Below are positions 52,287-64,000 of a stretch of DNA of 64,000 bases, piece after piece. The notes under the pieces are model-generated. The model made no database searches. It saw nothing but the letters and a program-made list of their open reading frames with translations, and had not been told where the DNA came from. A program made the translations under genes and the position numbers. Each line of letters starts with the position of its first letter. Positions within the stretch are counted from its first letter, which is position 1. The stretch comes from Dipteris shenzhenensis (taxonomy: Eukaryota): assembly GCA_047967505.1 (NCBI GenBank), contig CM106538.1; one strand, given 5' to 3'.

Positions 52287-55107
52287 ATGGCCAGGGGTGC
52301 CAAGTGTGGGACTTTGTATCCCTTACATGTATCAGGGGTATTTGATCATGTTGTTGCAATAACCGAGCAGCCAAGCACTTCTTTGTGGCATTGCAGGTTG
52401 GGGCACATGAGCCAGAATGGAATGAAACTCTTATGCCGTTTGGGTTATGTACCGCATTTGAGTTTCTCTGATTTTGAATTTTGTGAGCATTGTCTCTATG
52501 GGAAGCAGACTAAATCAGCCCATAAAAGAAGGGGAAAGAAAGAGTTTGAAAAGCTTGATTTGGTGCATTCAGACGTATGTGGTCCCATGCCTACACGGTC
52601 ATTAGGCGGGGCTGAATACTATGTGACATTCATTGATGATGCAACTAGGAAAGTGTGGGCTTATGCTATAGCTCGGAAGAGTGATGTGTTCCAGGTATTT
52701 CAGAAATGGCTGGCCTTGGTTGAGAATCAGTCAGGTAGAACGCTTAAATGCCTACGGACTGACAATGGTGGAGAGTATCTCTCTCATGACTTTCAGCATT
52801 TCTGTGATACTCGTGGGATTAAGAGGGAGCTTACATCCCCTCGTACTCCAGAGCAAAATCCAGTTGCAGAAAAAATGAACCGTACCATTCAAGAAAGGTT
52901 GCAATGCATGCTTTCTAATGCAAGTCTTTCTGGTGGTTTTTGGGCTGAGGCAATGAAGACTGCAGTGCATGTGATCAATAGATCACCTAGTAAGAGTTTG
53001 GATGGTGGTATTCCTGAAGAGGCATGGAGTGGAAAGAAGCCCTCTTACTCTCATTTGCGTATATTTGGGTGTGAGGCATATGCACATGTGCCAAAAGAGC
53101 TTCGAAAGAAGCTAGATCCTAAGTCTAGGAAATGCATCTTTCTAGGTTATGGTGAAAGTGGAGAGATGGGCTATCGTCTCTGGGATCCAGAAGCAAAGAA
53201 GATCATACGCAGCCATGATGTGGTCTTCAATGAGAAGAAGATGCATAAGGCACCCATGAGGGATGTGGAAATGAGGAGAATCACTTTCCAGGATGTGAAT
53301 CCACCTGCATATGTTGATAGACAGCAAGCTGTCCATGCACCAAATGTGCAAGAAATGGTACCACCAAGTACTCCCATAGGTATACAATCAAGGGTAGATG
53401 ATGGATCATCTATTGGTGGAAATGATGAGCCAAATGTGGCTGATATGCAAGTGGGACAGCAAGCTGAAATGCCCTTGAGAAGATCATCTAGAGTGGCTAG
53501 ACCGCCTGATAGGTTTGTTCCAGGGGTAGACTATGTGATGCTTACTGATTGCAGGGAGCCTTCTTGCTATAGAGAGGCTATGATGCATGAGGATCAACAC
53601 AAGTGGGAGTATGCTATGCAATCAGAGATGAGTTCACTTATGAAGAATAAGACTTGGGACTTGGTTTCTTTGCCACATGGAAAGAAAGCATTGCCATGTA
53701 AATGGGTCTACAAAATGAAGGTCACAGGTGATGATGTGCCTAGGTACAAGGCCCGTTTGGTTGCTAAAGGGTTCAAGCAAGAGAAGGGTGTGGACTTTGA
53801 TGAGATATTCTCTCCGGTTGTGAAGATGACCACACTTAGATGCATGCTTGGACTAGTGGCATCAGAGGATATGGAGCTTATGCAGATGGATGTCAAGACA
53901 GCTTTCTTGCATGGGGATTTGCATGAGGAAATTTACATGGTGCAGCCGGAAGGCTTTGAAGAAAAGGGCAAAGAGCATTTAGTTTGCAAGCTAAAGAAGA
54001 GTCTCTATGGTCTTAAGCAAGCACCTAGAGAATGGTATCAAAAGTTTGATGCTTTCATTCGGTCCCAGGGTTTTAGAAGGAGTGAAATTGATCACTGCCT
54101 CTACACTAAAAGGGCTAAGGATAATAGCATGATAATCTTGGCACTATATGTGGATGATATGCTATTGGCTAGCAAGAATACTTATGAGCTAGATGCATTA
54201 AAGGCCAAGTTGCATGAGGCCTTTGATATGAAGGATTTGGGACTTGCAGGTCATATTCTTGGTATGCGCATCACGCGTGATCGGAGTAGCAAACTCCTTT
54301 GGCTTTCACAAAAAGAGTATGTTACAAAAGTATTGCAGCGTTTCAATATGGAGGGGGGGAAGGCAGTGAGTACTCCATTGCCTCCATATGTGAAACTGAG
54401 TCATACAGATAGTCCCAAATCAAATGAGGAGAGGGCCATGATGGCCAAGGTTCCTTATGCATCAGCAGTTGGGAGTCTTATGTATGCTATGATAGCTACT
54501 AGACCAGACATTGCATTTGCAGTGGGAGTTGTTAGCCGGTATATGGCTAATCCAGGAAAGAGGCATTGGGAGGCAGTTAAGTGCATCATGAGGTACATGA
54601 AGGGTACCAAGGAGATGTGCATCTGCTTTGGTAAAGGAGACATGCGTGTACTTGGGTACACAGATTCAGACTATGCAGGGCATGTGGATAGTAGGAGATC
54701 CACTTCTGGTTATGTGTTCACCTTTGCAGGTGGTGCAGTGTCGTGGATGTCTCGTGCACAAAAGTGCGTGGCTTTGTCTACCACAGAGGCTGAGTATGTT
54801 TGCAGCCACAGAGGGTTGCAAGGAGGCTACATGGCTTGATCGGCTAGTGGGAGATTTGGGGATTCATACAGGTGTACCGACATTGCATAGTGATTCCATG
54901 AGTGCTATTCAGCTAGCACGGAATCCGGTCTTTCATGCAAAGACCAAACACGTTGAGGTCAGGTACCATTTCATCAGGGAGGTACTTGAGGACAAGCGCA
55001 TAGAGCTTGTCAAGGTTCATACAGATGATAACCCTGCAGATATGCTGACGAAGAGTCTACCTATTCAGCGGTTTGAGTATTGTCGTGTATTGATGGGCAT
55101 TGGATAG
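52287..55107 (+). CDS. pol: Outer copia pol (integrase-RT-RNase H); open for ~840 codons, then a +1 frameshift at ~54800
   Basis: Contains LWHCRLGHMS, CEHC, HSDVCGP, TDNGGEY, YVDDML, DSDYAG, KHVEVRYHF and NPADMLTK. There is an extra T in GAGTATGTTTGCAG relative to copy 2. Confidence 0.92.
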
Positions 55108-55160
55108 TATGCTCACTGGTTGTTCTCCCTTAAAGGCACATTGTCCTTTAAGTGGGAGGT

Positions 55161-55331
55161 TGTGGGGGTTAAAGGTCACTGTGCCTTAACCCCGGTTATG
55201 TACAATACTCAAACACATATATAAATGAATGAAAAAGAAGATTAGGGTGGTTTTGCACCCACCAAAACTTGTGTGGCTCTCTGTCTCTCTCTCTCCTTCT
55301 TCCGTTCTTGCTTCCGTTGAGAGCACTCTCA
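55161..55331 (+). repeat. 3' LTR of outer copia
   Basis: Matches 44991-45161. Confidence 0.97.
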
Positions 55332-55406
55332 CATTTCCTCTTTTTTCTTGGTTTTGGTTCAAGCCTTTGTTTTAGACTTCTTGTCTTTTCCGTTTTTCCA
55401 CTCTCG

Positions 55407-56482
55407 TGTAACTATGTGGGAACCAGCTAACTCTACTTGTAAGCCCCCCATATGAGGAGAAGGCATTTGAGTAGCTCGGTTATCCGGTAGGTCCTGCTTT
55501 GGACACCAGATGGGGGCCATGTGTGGCCTGATGGTTGGACGGCTTTAGATAAAGTTGGCACACTACTAACTAGGCTACATGCAAGTGCAGGAAGGCATCC
55601 CATGACTGACCGCACTGAGGGTAGATGGAGCATTTCTCGGGGCAGCCCACACTCTCAGGTTGTGGGGCCCGTTTGCAGCCCCAGATGATCCCGAATGGCT
55701 GTGGGCCGAACAGTAACCATAGGTCAATTGCTCTATTCTGCACCACGGTTCTATCGTGTGGTCGGTGGCCTATTCCGATCCCCAATCGGCCGTTTTGGGT
55801 GAACTGGGTCGGTCACCCAATTGGGTCTAACCGACTATGACTGGTGGCTATATAAGAGCAAGCTCGTGAAACCCATATCATCACTAGCTATAGCAACCGT
55901 GATTCCTTAGCATCCAGCCTCCATCCTCTACTATTTCTAGCATGCCATCGAAGCTTCTCACATAGGAGCACACGCCTAGGAGGCAGCACCATCTATTCTA
56001 TCAGTTCTACAGTAATCAAATTTTTTATTCTCCATACTATCTGCTTTTCTCTCTTGCATACGAGATCCTATTATCTGTTGAGCACAGATGTTGTATTGTT
56101 TTCTTACATGGTATCAGAGCTTGGACTCTAGCAAGAAGATTTGGTAGTGTGTTTTTGTTTGTGAGTAGATTGTGAGAGATGCCCCAGCCCACAAGACTAC
56201 GAATTCCACCGTTCGACGAAAGCGAAAAGTTGGATGGCACTAACTATCCACTCTAGAAGTTCAAGATGAAGACCATCCTAAGTGCATATGAGCTTTGGGA
56301 TACTACTACTGGGGTGGATGTGAAGCCGGTTGCGAGACTGGATCCACCAGCCAATGCAAGACAACAGATAGTACCAACTACGGATGAGATTCTCGCATGG
56401 ACAAGAAGAAATGCAAATGCACTGTGTTCTATTGTCTGCAGTGTAAGTGACTCTATCATGGCATTAATTCAACATGTCACCA
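55407..56482 (+). mobile_element. 5' fragment of a third copia family: ~700-bp LTR (55407-56108), PBS 56109-56120, gag N-terminus from 56179
   Basis: TGTAAC...TTACA|TGGTATCAGAGC, with TATATAAG at ~55849. The gag reads EKLDGTNYPL*KFKMKTILSAYELWD...NANALCSI. No 3' portion is present. Confidence 0.8.
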
Positions 56483-58569
56483 TTCATCTTCTGAACTATC
56501 ACTCTCCTCACTATCTGGGTTAGAGTCTTCCCCTTCTTTTGATTCAAAAATCAGAGTCATTATGCTTTTTCTTCTTTACCTTCTTTTCTTTGTTCTTTGA
56601 TGCTCCAGATCTTCTTTCTGCCATTTGAGCGACTTCCACCAGATTATTGAAATCGTTTGCTCCAGTAAGTTGGTCATGGCCTGCTACTGCGGTCTGCAAC
56701 TCCCTAGTGAGCCCTTTGCAAAAATAGTCTCCCAACTGTTCTTCAGAAGGCCTCTGCAATACTACCAGCCTTCGATACAATTTTCTAAATTTTTGTGCAT
56801 AATCCTCCACTAACAAATCTTTTTGCTTCATGTTGCAAAGCCTTTTAAGCACTACCACCGGTGTTTTTTCCTTACAAAATCTTCCCAAGAAAGATCCCTT
56901 CAGCTCCTCATACATAGCAAAGTGTGGTAGCCCATACTACATGAACCAGCTCATTGCTCTCCCTTCCATTATGGTTGTAAATTATGGTTGTAAACTGCTC
57001 CTTTACTGCATCTGCTAACCCTTGGAAACCACTTGCAATCCATCAAGTTTCGAACTACCCTACATGACTGTCAGGGTCTTGTCCCTTTTTCCCTTCAAAC
57101 TTTGTAGCTTTTACCAGTGGATTTGGATTCATCATGATGACAAGTGGTTGACTACAGTTTGTCTCCTTCTTGGTTGAGGTGGCAATGGATTAAAAAATTT
57201 TCTTTGGGCTGCAACACAAACTCTTGCTGCCATATATGATCCATAGGTTGTTCTAATGAAGACTTATGATGGTGACTCTGGGATTATGCTTGGATTTTCT
57301 TCCTCCACTTCTAAATACTCTAAACTCTGAGTAGAGTCCGTAGAGGATCCTTCCCCACTCGGCACATAGTCGACATCCTCACTACTTTCTCCATCTTGTT
57401 GTTGTTGTTGGATATTGGTTTTACTCAAGGCTTCGAACCTGACTCTCGCCCTAGTAAAATAAGTGTGACCTCTTCAGGTAGGAGTCTCCTATTCTCCCAG
57501 GTGTTCGACATTCACTACCCAATGCTCCATGAAGGTAATGATCACCATCGGTCAGTCAGAACTTTTGATCTTGTTTACGTACTATCTTTTGCATTACTTG
57601 CTTTAGATGATTCTGTACTTTACGACCATAGTCTTCTTGTATTCAATCATCTTTTTCTAAGATGGAAACGACTTCTTCCTCCTTCAGTCACACATAGTCG
57701 TCTTTCTTACATCATCGTTCTCCTTTGAAAATTGCATCAACATCTTCACCAACACTTGATTCACACTTTCCTCTTGCCCATTTCCTTGTGGGATGCAAGC
57801 CTATATCCACTTCGTCTTGCTCTCTGGCTTCATGAGATTGCCGCCGCTTTCCTCCATGTCGCTAACACCTTCCAATGTGGCTCAAGCTTCCTTGATTCCT
57901 TCCATTTGATAAGATCTTCTGAATTCAAACCAACTATAGGATTGCCAAATGTGGTCAAGGTGGTTTTACCCAAAACACTTCTACATCAGACCTTAAGCAA
58001 ATACTTCCATCAAGAGCTTTAACACAGAATTGGAACACAATCAGATACAAGTCGAAACTAATCACAATTTAGAAATGTATTGCAAATAGTAGATACATAG
58101 TAGAAAGTGATCCCAATTCATTTATTATTGTCAGATTATAGTAAAAGGTTATAGTGAAACTGATAGACACAACATCATTGTAGTCCGATTCATCTTTGAG
58201 TTTTGTTTGATTCACAAGACTTACAACCTGTAGTTACATGCATATATAACTAAATAACTATTTTAGGATGCTAACCATGACAATCAACCCCTCTAGGTAT
58301 TATTTAGGACTAGAGCTACCTATAGGTGCCTAGTTAACCCCTAACAGAAGGGAACATAATTTTGGAGTTGGAATCTAAGGACTACCCAAAATGTCTCTTT
58401 AGTCTTTCAGTTACTTGGTAGTGGTGCACATAATTATGCAATGAACTCTCTATATTTTATTGAAAAATATAACAACCATTTTTTTATTTTTCTTCCAATC
58501 TAAGTACTATGTATTTTGCTATATTTTTCATGCTATATAGAGGAAAAAGCATTCCACATTACCTTGCTT

Positions 58570-58900
58570 TCACCCATTCTCCTTTGCATAAAAGGCATCT
58601 AAAATCTTGATATTGGTAGAGCTTCCTCTAAAGTGGGGTTTAGAAATCATCAAAACCATAGGAAAATGATCTAAGGTGGGAACCCCTGGTGCAATGCATA
58701 TTGAGCCACCTCTATCCAAAGCCCAATCATCAACATAACATCTATCAATGCATGCATGAATAGGTATCTTACATTCTCTTGTTCAACCACAAATACAAAA
58801 TTGACTATGATTGAGTGTGCAAGGCATCATCAAACAAAACACCATCTACCACTAAATTGAACAAGGAAGGCATCCTGCTCTCTCCAGATAGGGAATGCAA
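58570..58900 (-). pseudogene. L1-type LINE endonuclease (APE) C-terminal fragment
   Basis: Minus-strand IHACIDRCYVDDWALDRGGSICIAPGVPTLDHFPMVL corresponds to RIDR.Y...SDH.P. Confidence 0.65.
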
Positions 58901-59049
58901 CCCTCTCTACTTACAATTCGACTCACATCCACTTTGAAAGTCAGTACTTTAAATCTAAGCACTACTATTCTTCATTGTCATCCATTTGAAAACCATGTTG
59001 ACACCTTGTCTGATTAGGGGTTGTATGACCTTTTGCAAGACAACCTTTG

Positions 59050-59640
59050 GTATCATTTCCTACTTCAATTTCTTTCCTCTCTTTGAATAGTGATTTTAGA
59101 TCCCCCCAATCTTTTTTGACGCGAGTTGGCATGAACCATGGTTATCGAAGAATCATGGGGTACAGCACATCTCCCTTCTTCCATCTTTAGAACAATAGAG
59201 TTGACACAGAAGACAAGGCTCTATACAATAATTTCCTAATTCCATATTCTTCCAAGCAATTGGACCCTTTTTTGATCCACAATCTTTATGTGAAATGGTA
59301 TTGGATATAATTCTAACAAGCCCATAATTTCATATATGAATTGTGGAAGAATATTAATGCATAACCATCCATCCAATAATGCTCTAGGGAGACCTTGCCC
59401 ATGTAGCTTTAGCTTTAATGTTGGAACCTTATAGTCGATATCCTTAAGTTCTGCATTTAACAATTAAGGGTTACTAGAGTTCTCTGATCATCTTCCGACC
59501 AAAGCTTCTTAATTAGCTTCTTTTTAAATCCCAACAGCAACTCTCGGCATGCTCAATAGCTAGTCCAGTGTAATCTAGATGTATGCCTACTTCAAAGCCT
59601 TAATTATTCGAATACTTTTTCAGTTTAGTGGGATTACCTC
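59050..59640 (-). pseudogene. Ty3/gypsy aspartic protease fragment
   Basis: RALLDGWLCINIL...PFHIKIVDQKRVQLLG resembles the LDGGS.VNI...I..ADQ..V.PLG protease of gypsy elements. Confidence 0.65.
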
Positions 59641-61039
59641 GAGGCTTCATAATGGACCTCCTCTAGCTAAATTTTAGACATTTGATTAATCAATTTTACT
59701 GCACTCAGGGATGTTTTTATCGAAGCTATGCTTATATATTAATATAAAACCTTGGCAAAAGTTTTCAAGCTCATTTTTTTAAGTTTCACAATATTGGTAG
59801 AATGTAGTACTTTTTAGGAAAAAATGTAAATCCTTGTGAAACTTTAACTTTTCTTTGCATAAAAGTTTCAAATCCTTGCAAATGTTTTAAACATTTATTT
59901 TTATAATTAGGCATACAAACTTTCAACCCCAATATAAAATTTTAGCTTCTCAATGAAACTAACTTGGAAAAAATCATCCATGACTACACTGTTCCTAACT
60001 ATTTTTGGGCTCCATTTTGGATTGCTAGATCATGGGCCTCTTTTGCTCCTTGTGAATCTTTGTAAGTACTCCAGTCTGTATTTTTCTATCAATCTTTCCA
60101 TCGGATTCTCTTCCCTTTTGGAATCTGATCTGCCCAAATTGGCTCTCAAACTAGTCCCTTAGATCAAGTTACTACTAAGATGTGCAATTTATTTAGATTT
60201 TCCATCACCTCATCTTTCATAAGAGGGAGCACTTACCTTGGATTTCTATGTTGAGAACGGAACAAGTATGTGGAATGATGCTAAGGGAGGCTCAAAATGA
60301 GATGGGAGCAACTAGTAATGGGATTGATGAAAGCAAGGAGGAGGGAAAAGGGAGGACAAGGTTTTGCAAGTGGAAGAGATGGATCTAATAGTGAGTAGGT
60401 ATCCTCCTCATGTGGGAGCCATTTTTGAGGGATGAGTAGCATGTATCTACTATGGTGGACACTTCTCTTATCTCCTCACTCTCATACAAAAATATAATGC
60501 CTAGATGGGTACTTCTAAATGCCTACATTTTCTGATGTAATGTCTTTAGCTACTTCTAAATGTCGCTTTGGGCCCTTATATACACCACCACTAATTTGCC
60601 CTCAAAACTTTTCTCAAGAAACTAAAGCATTGATATAAGGGTTGAGATCTAATCATAACGGCATAAGTATAAACATCCATGTAGCTCTATTTCATTACTT
60701 CTAAATGTTTATTTTGATGCTAACCTTGAAAATATACATAAGCCAGTTTATGTTGAAAAAAGGATGAGTTCTTGAAAGATAGTGTGGAGGCCACCAATAG
60801 TCTATCTTTTTTCCGTCCCAATTATATTTTGTTACATTACCTATAAGTTTGGTAATTTTTCTATTTAAGACTTGAGGGTGGTAGCATAGTTAAGAAGGTG
60901 GGTCCATTTGGCATAGTTAGAACTTTGTAACCGAAACTTGTAATATTCTTTTCATTGTGCAATAAGCTCGTCGAGCTTACTAACAACATGGCAAAACCAC
61001 TATGGCCCTACTTTAAAGTAGTTATGGTAGTACTAAGAA

Positions 61040-61410
61040 AGATGAACTTTAATGCCCATTAACAACTACGGCTAGACTTTAATGTAATTGAGGTAATACT
61101 AACAAAGGCGACCTTTAATGCCCTTTAACAACTACTTTTTACAATGCTTAATGACTAACAACTTATAATAAGTTAGTTTTAGGGTGAACAAGCTTTAACA
61201 CAATATGGCAAGGTAAACTCAATCTCCATTGCTTGATTAAAGGTCTTTCCAATTAAAAACAAGCGTGAAAAATCTATCGAAAAAGGTAAAAGTGAGAAAT
61301 CAAGGCATTAAACTCACATTTGAAGATCTCAAAAAAGACTACTAGAAAAGGTAAAACCTAAAATCAAGGCATTAAAACTCGCATTTGAAGACCTGAAAAA
61401 AGACTCTGGA
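61040..61410. repeat. Two short direct duplications
   Basis: CTTTAATGCCC.TTAACAACTAC x2 (~61047, ~61113) and AAATCAAGGCATTAAA(A)CTC.CATTTGAAGA x2 (~61297, ~61362). Confidence 0.75.
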
Positions 61411-64000
61411 GTTGATTATCAACAATAGACAAATGGCAATGTCAAATTTCATAGTTGTCATGCCTTGCTATGTCAATTCTATCCAACCGTGCAACCATGC
61501 TCATAAACTATTGGAAATGCAATAGAGTAGTGCAGATCAGTTGTGCACTGAAGTATGAACCACATAGAGTAGTGCAAACCGAAGCAAGAATGAGGGTCGT
61601 CGATGAGGGGCACATGCCAAATTCAAGGCTGCGATGGAGATCGCGACATCGACAACAACGGTAGTGGACAAGGCACATGACGTGACAATTGAGATGCATG
61701 GCAGCATTTTGGGCACATTACATATAAGCAAGGGGACCATGATGATTTGCTATGGTAAATTTTTAGATGTAGCCCTCCCCTCAGTCCTCGATGGTCAAAA
61801 AAAGTACTTGTCTTGGTCATACGGGGAAAGCCGACTCGCGACCTTTCGGTTGCTTGCCACATTCCCATGGCTTGCCTTCTGGGAAAGTGCTCCTGAGTCC
61901 GAACCTAACAATTTGAGAAAAGTCATGTTGGCCAATACATGTGACCGCCTAAACCCTTATATGCTAATTTTAAAAGAGAGAGGGTACGATGCACAAACGA
62001 TTGAATGCTGTATCGTGTGCATGCTCATCCAACCATCATGGCCGAGTCGAATCCAAGTTCGGCACGTCTGCTGCTCTTTTGCCTGGTTTCACCAAGCACG
62101 AGAGACTCTGGTTGTCGGCCTGTCTCCCCAAGACGATCACCTTTCAATCTTTGTGTAGCCGTGGCGGCCTGGCACCGCGCCCCATGCCTCGTGAACATCA
62201 ACTTTCCTTTCCCGGTCCAGCCGCCCAGCTCCAGACTCCAGAGCGGCTCAATTAATCTAGACTCTAGAGTCTAGACCCTCACTCTATCGCATTCTCCAAG
62301 ACGTGGGGTGACTTCCAGCTTCCAGGGGCCAGGGCGGCTCTGCAAGACGTGGGGTGGCCGACTCTGGCGAGTCGAATCTTCTCTGTGTAAGAATCGACAC
62401 TGCCAGCAGCCAATCAGCGAGCATTTCTCGTGACTTTGATGGCTTCGCTCCCGCGTAAACAGCTGACAATATCCCTGACTCCCAAGTCCATGGTGCACTG
62501 AGCGCTCATGACACGTGTACATTCTTCTATCAAGCTTGCCTGTCGGAAAGGTCATGGGAATTTGGAAACAAGCGCTGCCTGTACAAAACAAAAAGCAAAC
62601 TTAAAACAAGATCGTGAACTTTAAAGACATGGTATCTTGACGTGGGTGATGAGCTCGAATCAACAATTGACGTGGTAAGCAACGTGTATCCCTTGCTTGG
62701 ATTCTTAGTCGTGCTAATTTCATCTCATCGAGTTGTGCCTTTGGTGATACGGACTCCCACGATCATGCAACATGATGAAAATGGGCATATGCACCCAATT
62801 TTCTACGCTAGCTAACTCTTCCATAAATTTAAGCTCTTGTTGTTATTGAGGAAATAACTCGTACTTTCAATGGCACACATTTCTATATTCCAAGAGTCCA
62901 TGTTGCTCTTAGCTCTAATAGAAGAGAATAGATGTTCATGGAAGATTGACTTGCTAAGTACTTCTTTACAAGAGTAGGACTTCATCACCAATTACTCACC
63001 TAAAATGTTATAAATGCCTTGTCGTGCATTTGTTATCAATCAGTCCCCTATTTCAAAGCCCCTAATAGAAACTACAAGTCTTTTGCCTCTACATTTTCCT
63101 AGTCCTTTTTTTCCCTCGACAATCTCAAAGTTATACAAGCTCATGATTCTAGCAATTCCTTACATCATTTTTTTTATACTCAATGTAACAAGATGAATGA
63201 CTGCAAAATCTTTGTCATCCATTCAAGCATGAGATGCTAGTATTTTGGTATTGAAAATCTCATTCCAATTCATATATAAATTATCCAATCAATACAATAA
63301 TTTCAAATTCAAAGTAATGAAAGTTGTTCCTAATATGCTAAATGCAAAGTAGCAATTCGTGAACAAGTCCACTTCAATAACAACAAAGAAATGTAACGGA
63401 CTAACATTCAATGACTCATGACACAAAACAGTAGCAGACAACCCATATAATGCATGCGATTCCAATAGAGCAATGGCCATAGCAATCCCAAACAAAGCAA
63501 TAGCAAGCAACCACAATGGTGATACAAACAAGAGCCTTACCTCATCTTCCAATTAGCAAGGAGTGTCAAGCTATATGATGTGAGATTTCCTTCTAGGTCT
63601 ATGAACTTTAAAACTTGGAAAGGTCCATACTACTTCACCACAAGCTTCATGAACTTAGTATTTCCTCAAACTATCTTTAACCTTTTGTCAATCTTCAAAA
63701 GAACCTAATCTCCTTTTTTATATTGTACATCTTTCCAATTCTTGTTCACAACCTTCTTGTAGACTTCTCGATCCGACTGTATATGTGATTTAACTTGTGT
63801 GATTCGTTTTATTCATATCTTCAACAAACTGATCAATTATGAAAATCTTATCTCCTAAATATGTGGGTGTAGGAAGGACTTGGACATATATGATCTCAAA
63901 TGGTGCCTTGTGGGTAGTTGATTGGGTTGATTTGTTACAAGAAAGCTCTAATTAGAGGTAAATAATGTGCCCTAATGTTTTGTCAATCTTCAAAAGAACC

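Larger units (their letters stand above)
44991..55331 (+). mobile_element. Two-LTR Tnt1/Tork-like Ty1/copia retrotransposon (outer), internally deleted, hosting a nested copia
   Basis: The 171-bp TG..CA LTRs at 44991-45161 and 55161-55331 have 3 mismatches. The TSD CATTT lies at 44986-44990 and 55332-55336, the PBS at 45164-45175, and the PPT AAGTGGGAGG before 55161. Confidence 0.97.
44620..57950 (-). mobile_element. gag: Decayed Ty3/gypsy gag region, split into 44620-44990, 55337-55406 and 56483-57950 by copia insertions
   Basis: Fragments read KEKTPVVVLKRLCNMKQ...YAQKF...YFCKGL (56544-56915), then TKKKEEM|SPKGDSKLEK across the CATTT TSD, then the knuckle CEYYGKDNHHKEKCW (~44900-44855). Confidence 0.8.

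Noticed and set aside
52270-52300. Gag-PR deletion as a reverse-transcribed splice product
   Set aside because: The boundaries inferred from copy 1 are not GT-AG.
61634-62158. 174-aa ORF as an annotated CDS
   Set aside because: It has no recognisable domain or splice support, so it is kept only within a finding.
62240-62256. miR171-like TTGAGCCGC on the minus strand
   Set aside because: Only about 9-10 nt match and there is no complementary star arm.
63289-63552. Hydrophobic 87-aa ORF
   Set aside because: It derives from low-complexity GCAAT-type repeats in a repetitive region (a 23-mer recurs at ~63683 and ~63978).

Overview
This is repeat-dominated eukaryotic nuclear DNA with a land-plant signature: tRNA-iMet PBS TGGTATCAGAGC, Tnt1/Tork-like copia elements, and pervasive CG/CHG C-to-T decay. 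A non-seed plant such as a fern is my inference, not a demonstrated fact. I cannot support any intact host protein-coding gene. The core is a nested stack. A young 298-bp-LTR Ty1/copia (45791-51265, TSD ATCAG) sits inside a 171-bp-LTR Tnt1-like copia (44991-55331, TSD CATTT), which in turn splits a degenerate minus-strand Ty3/gypsy gag. Two older copies of the Tnt1-like family lie at about 19500-22771 and 32086-34820. The window also holds a decayed gypsy element (about 24050-31950, minus), LINE fragments, two 8-bp-TSD MITEs and microsatellites. Two decayed, apparently intron-containing Sola2-like DDD transposase copies lie at about 15875-17290 and 38250-41435. The most notable observations are: (1) a stem-loop that loops out the PPT/U3 junction of the Tnt1-like family, with paired substitutions between two copies; (2) a Sola2-like transposase lying convergent to a decayed FCP1/NIF-type phosphatase gene, possibly a cargo-carrying DNA transposon; (3) a tandem array of fold-back units inside that transposase's putative intron. 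All family assignments come from motif recognition by eye; no database search was run.
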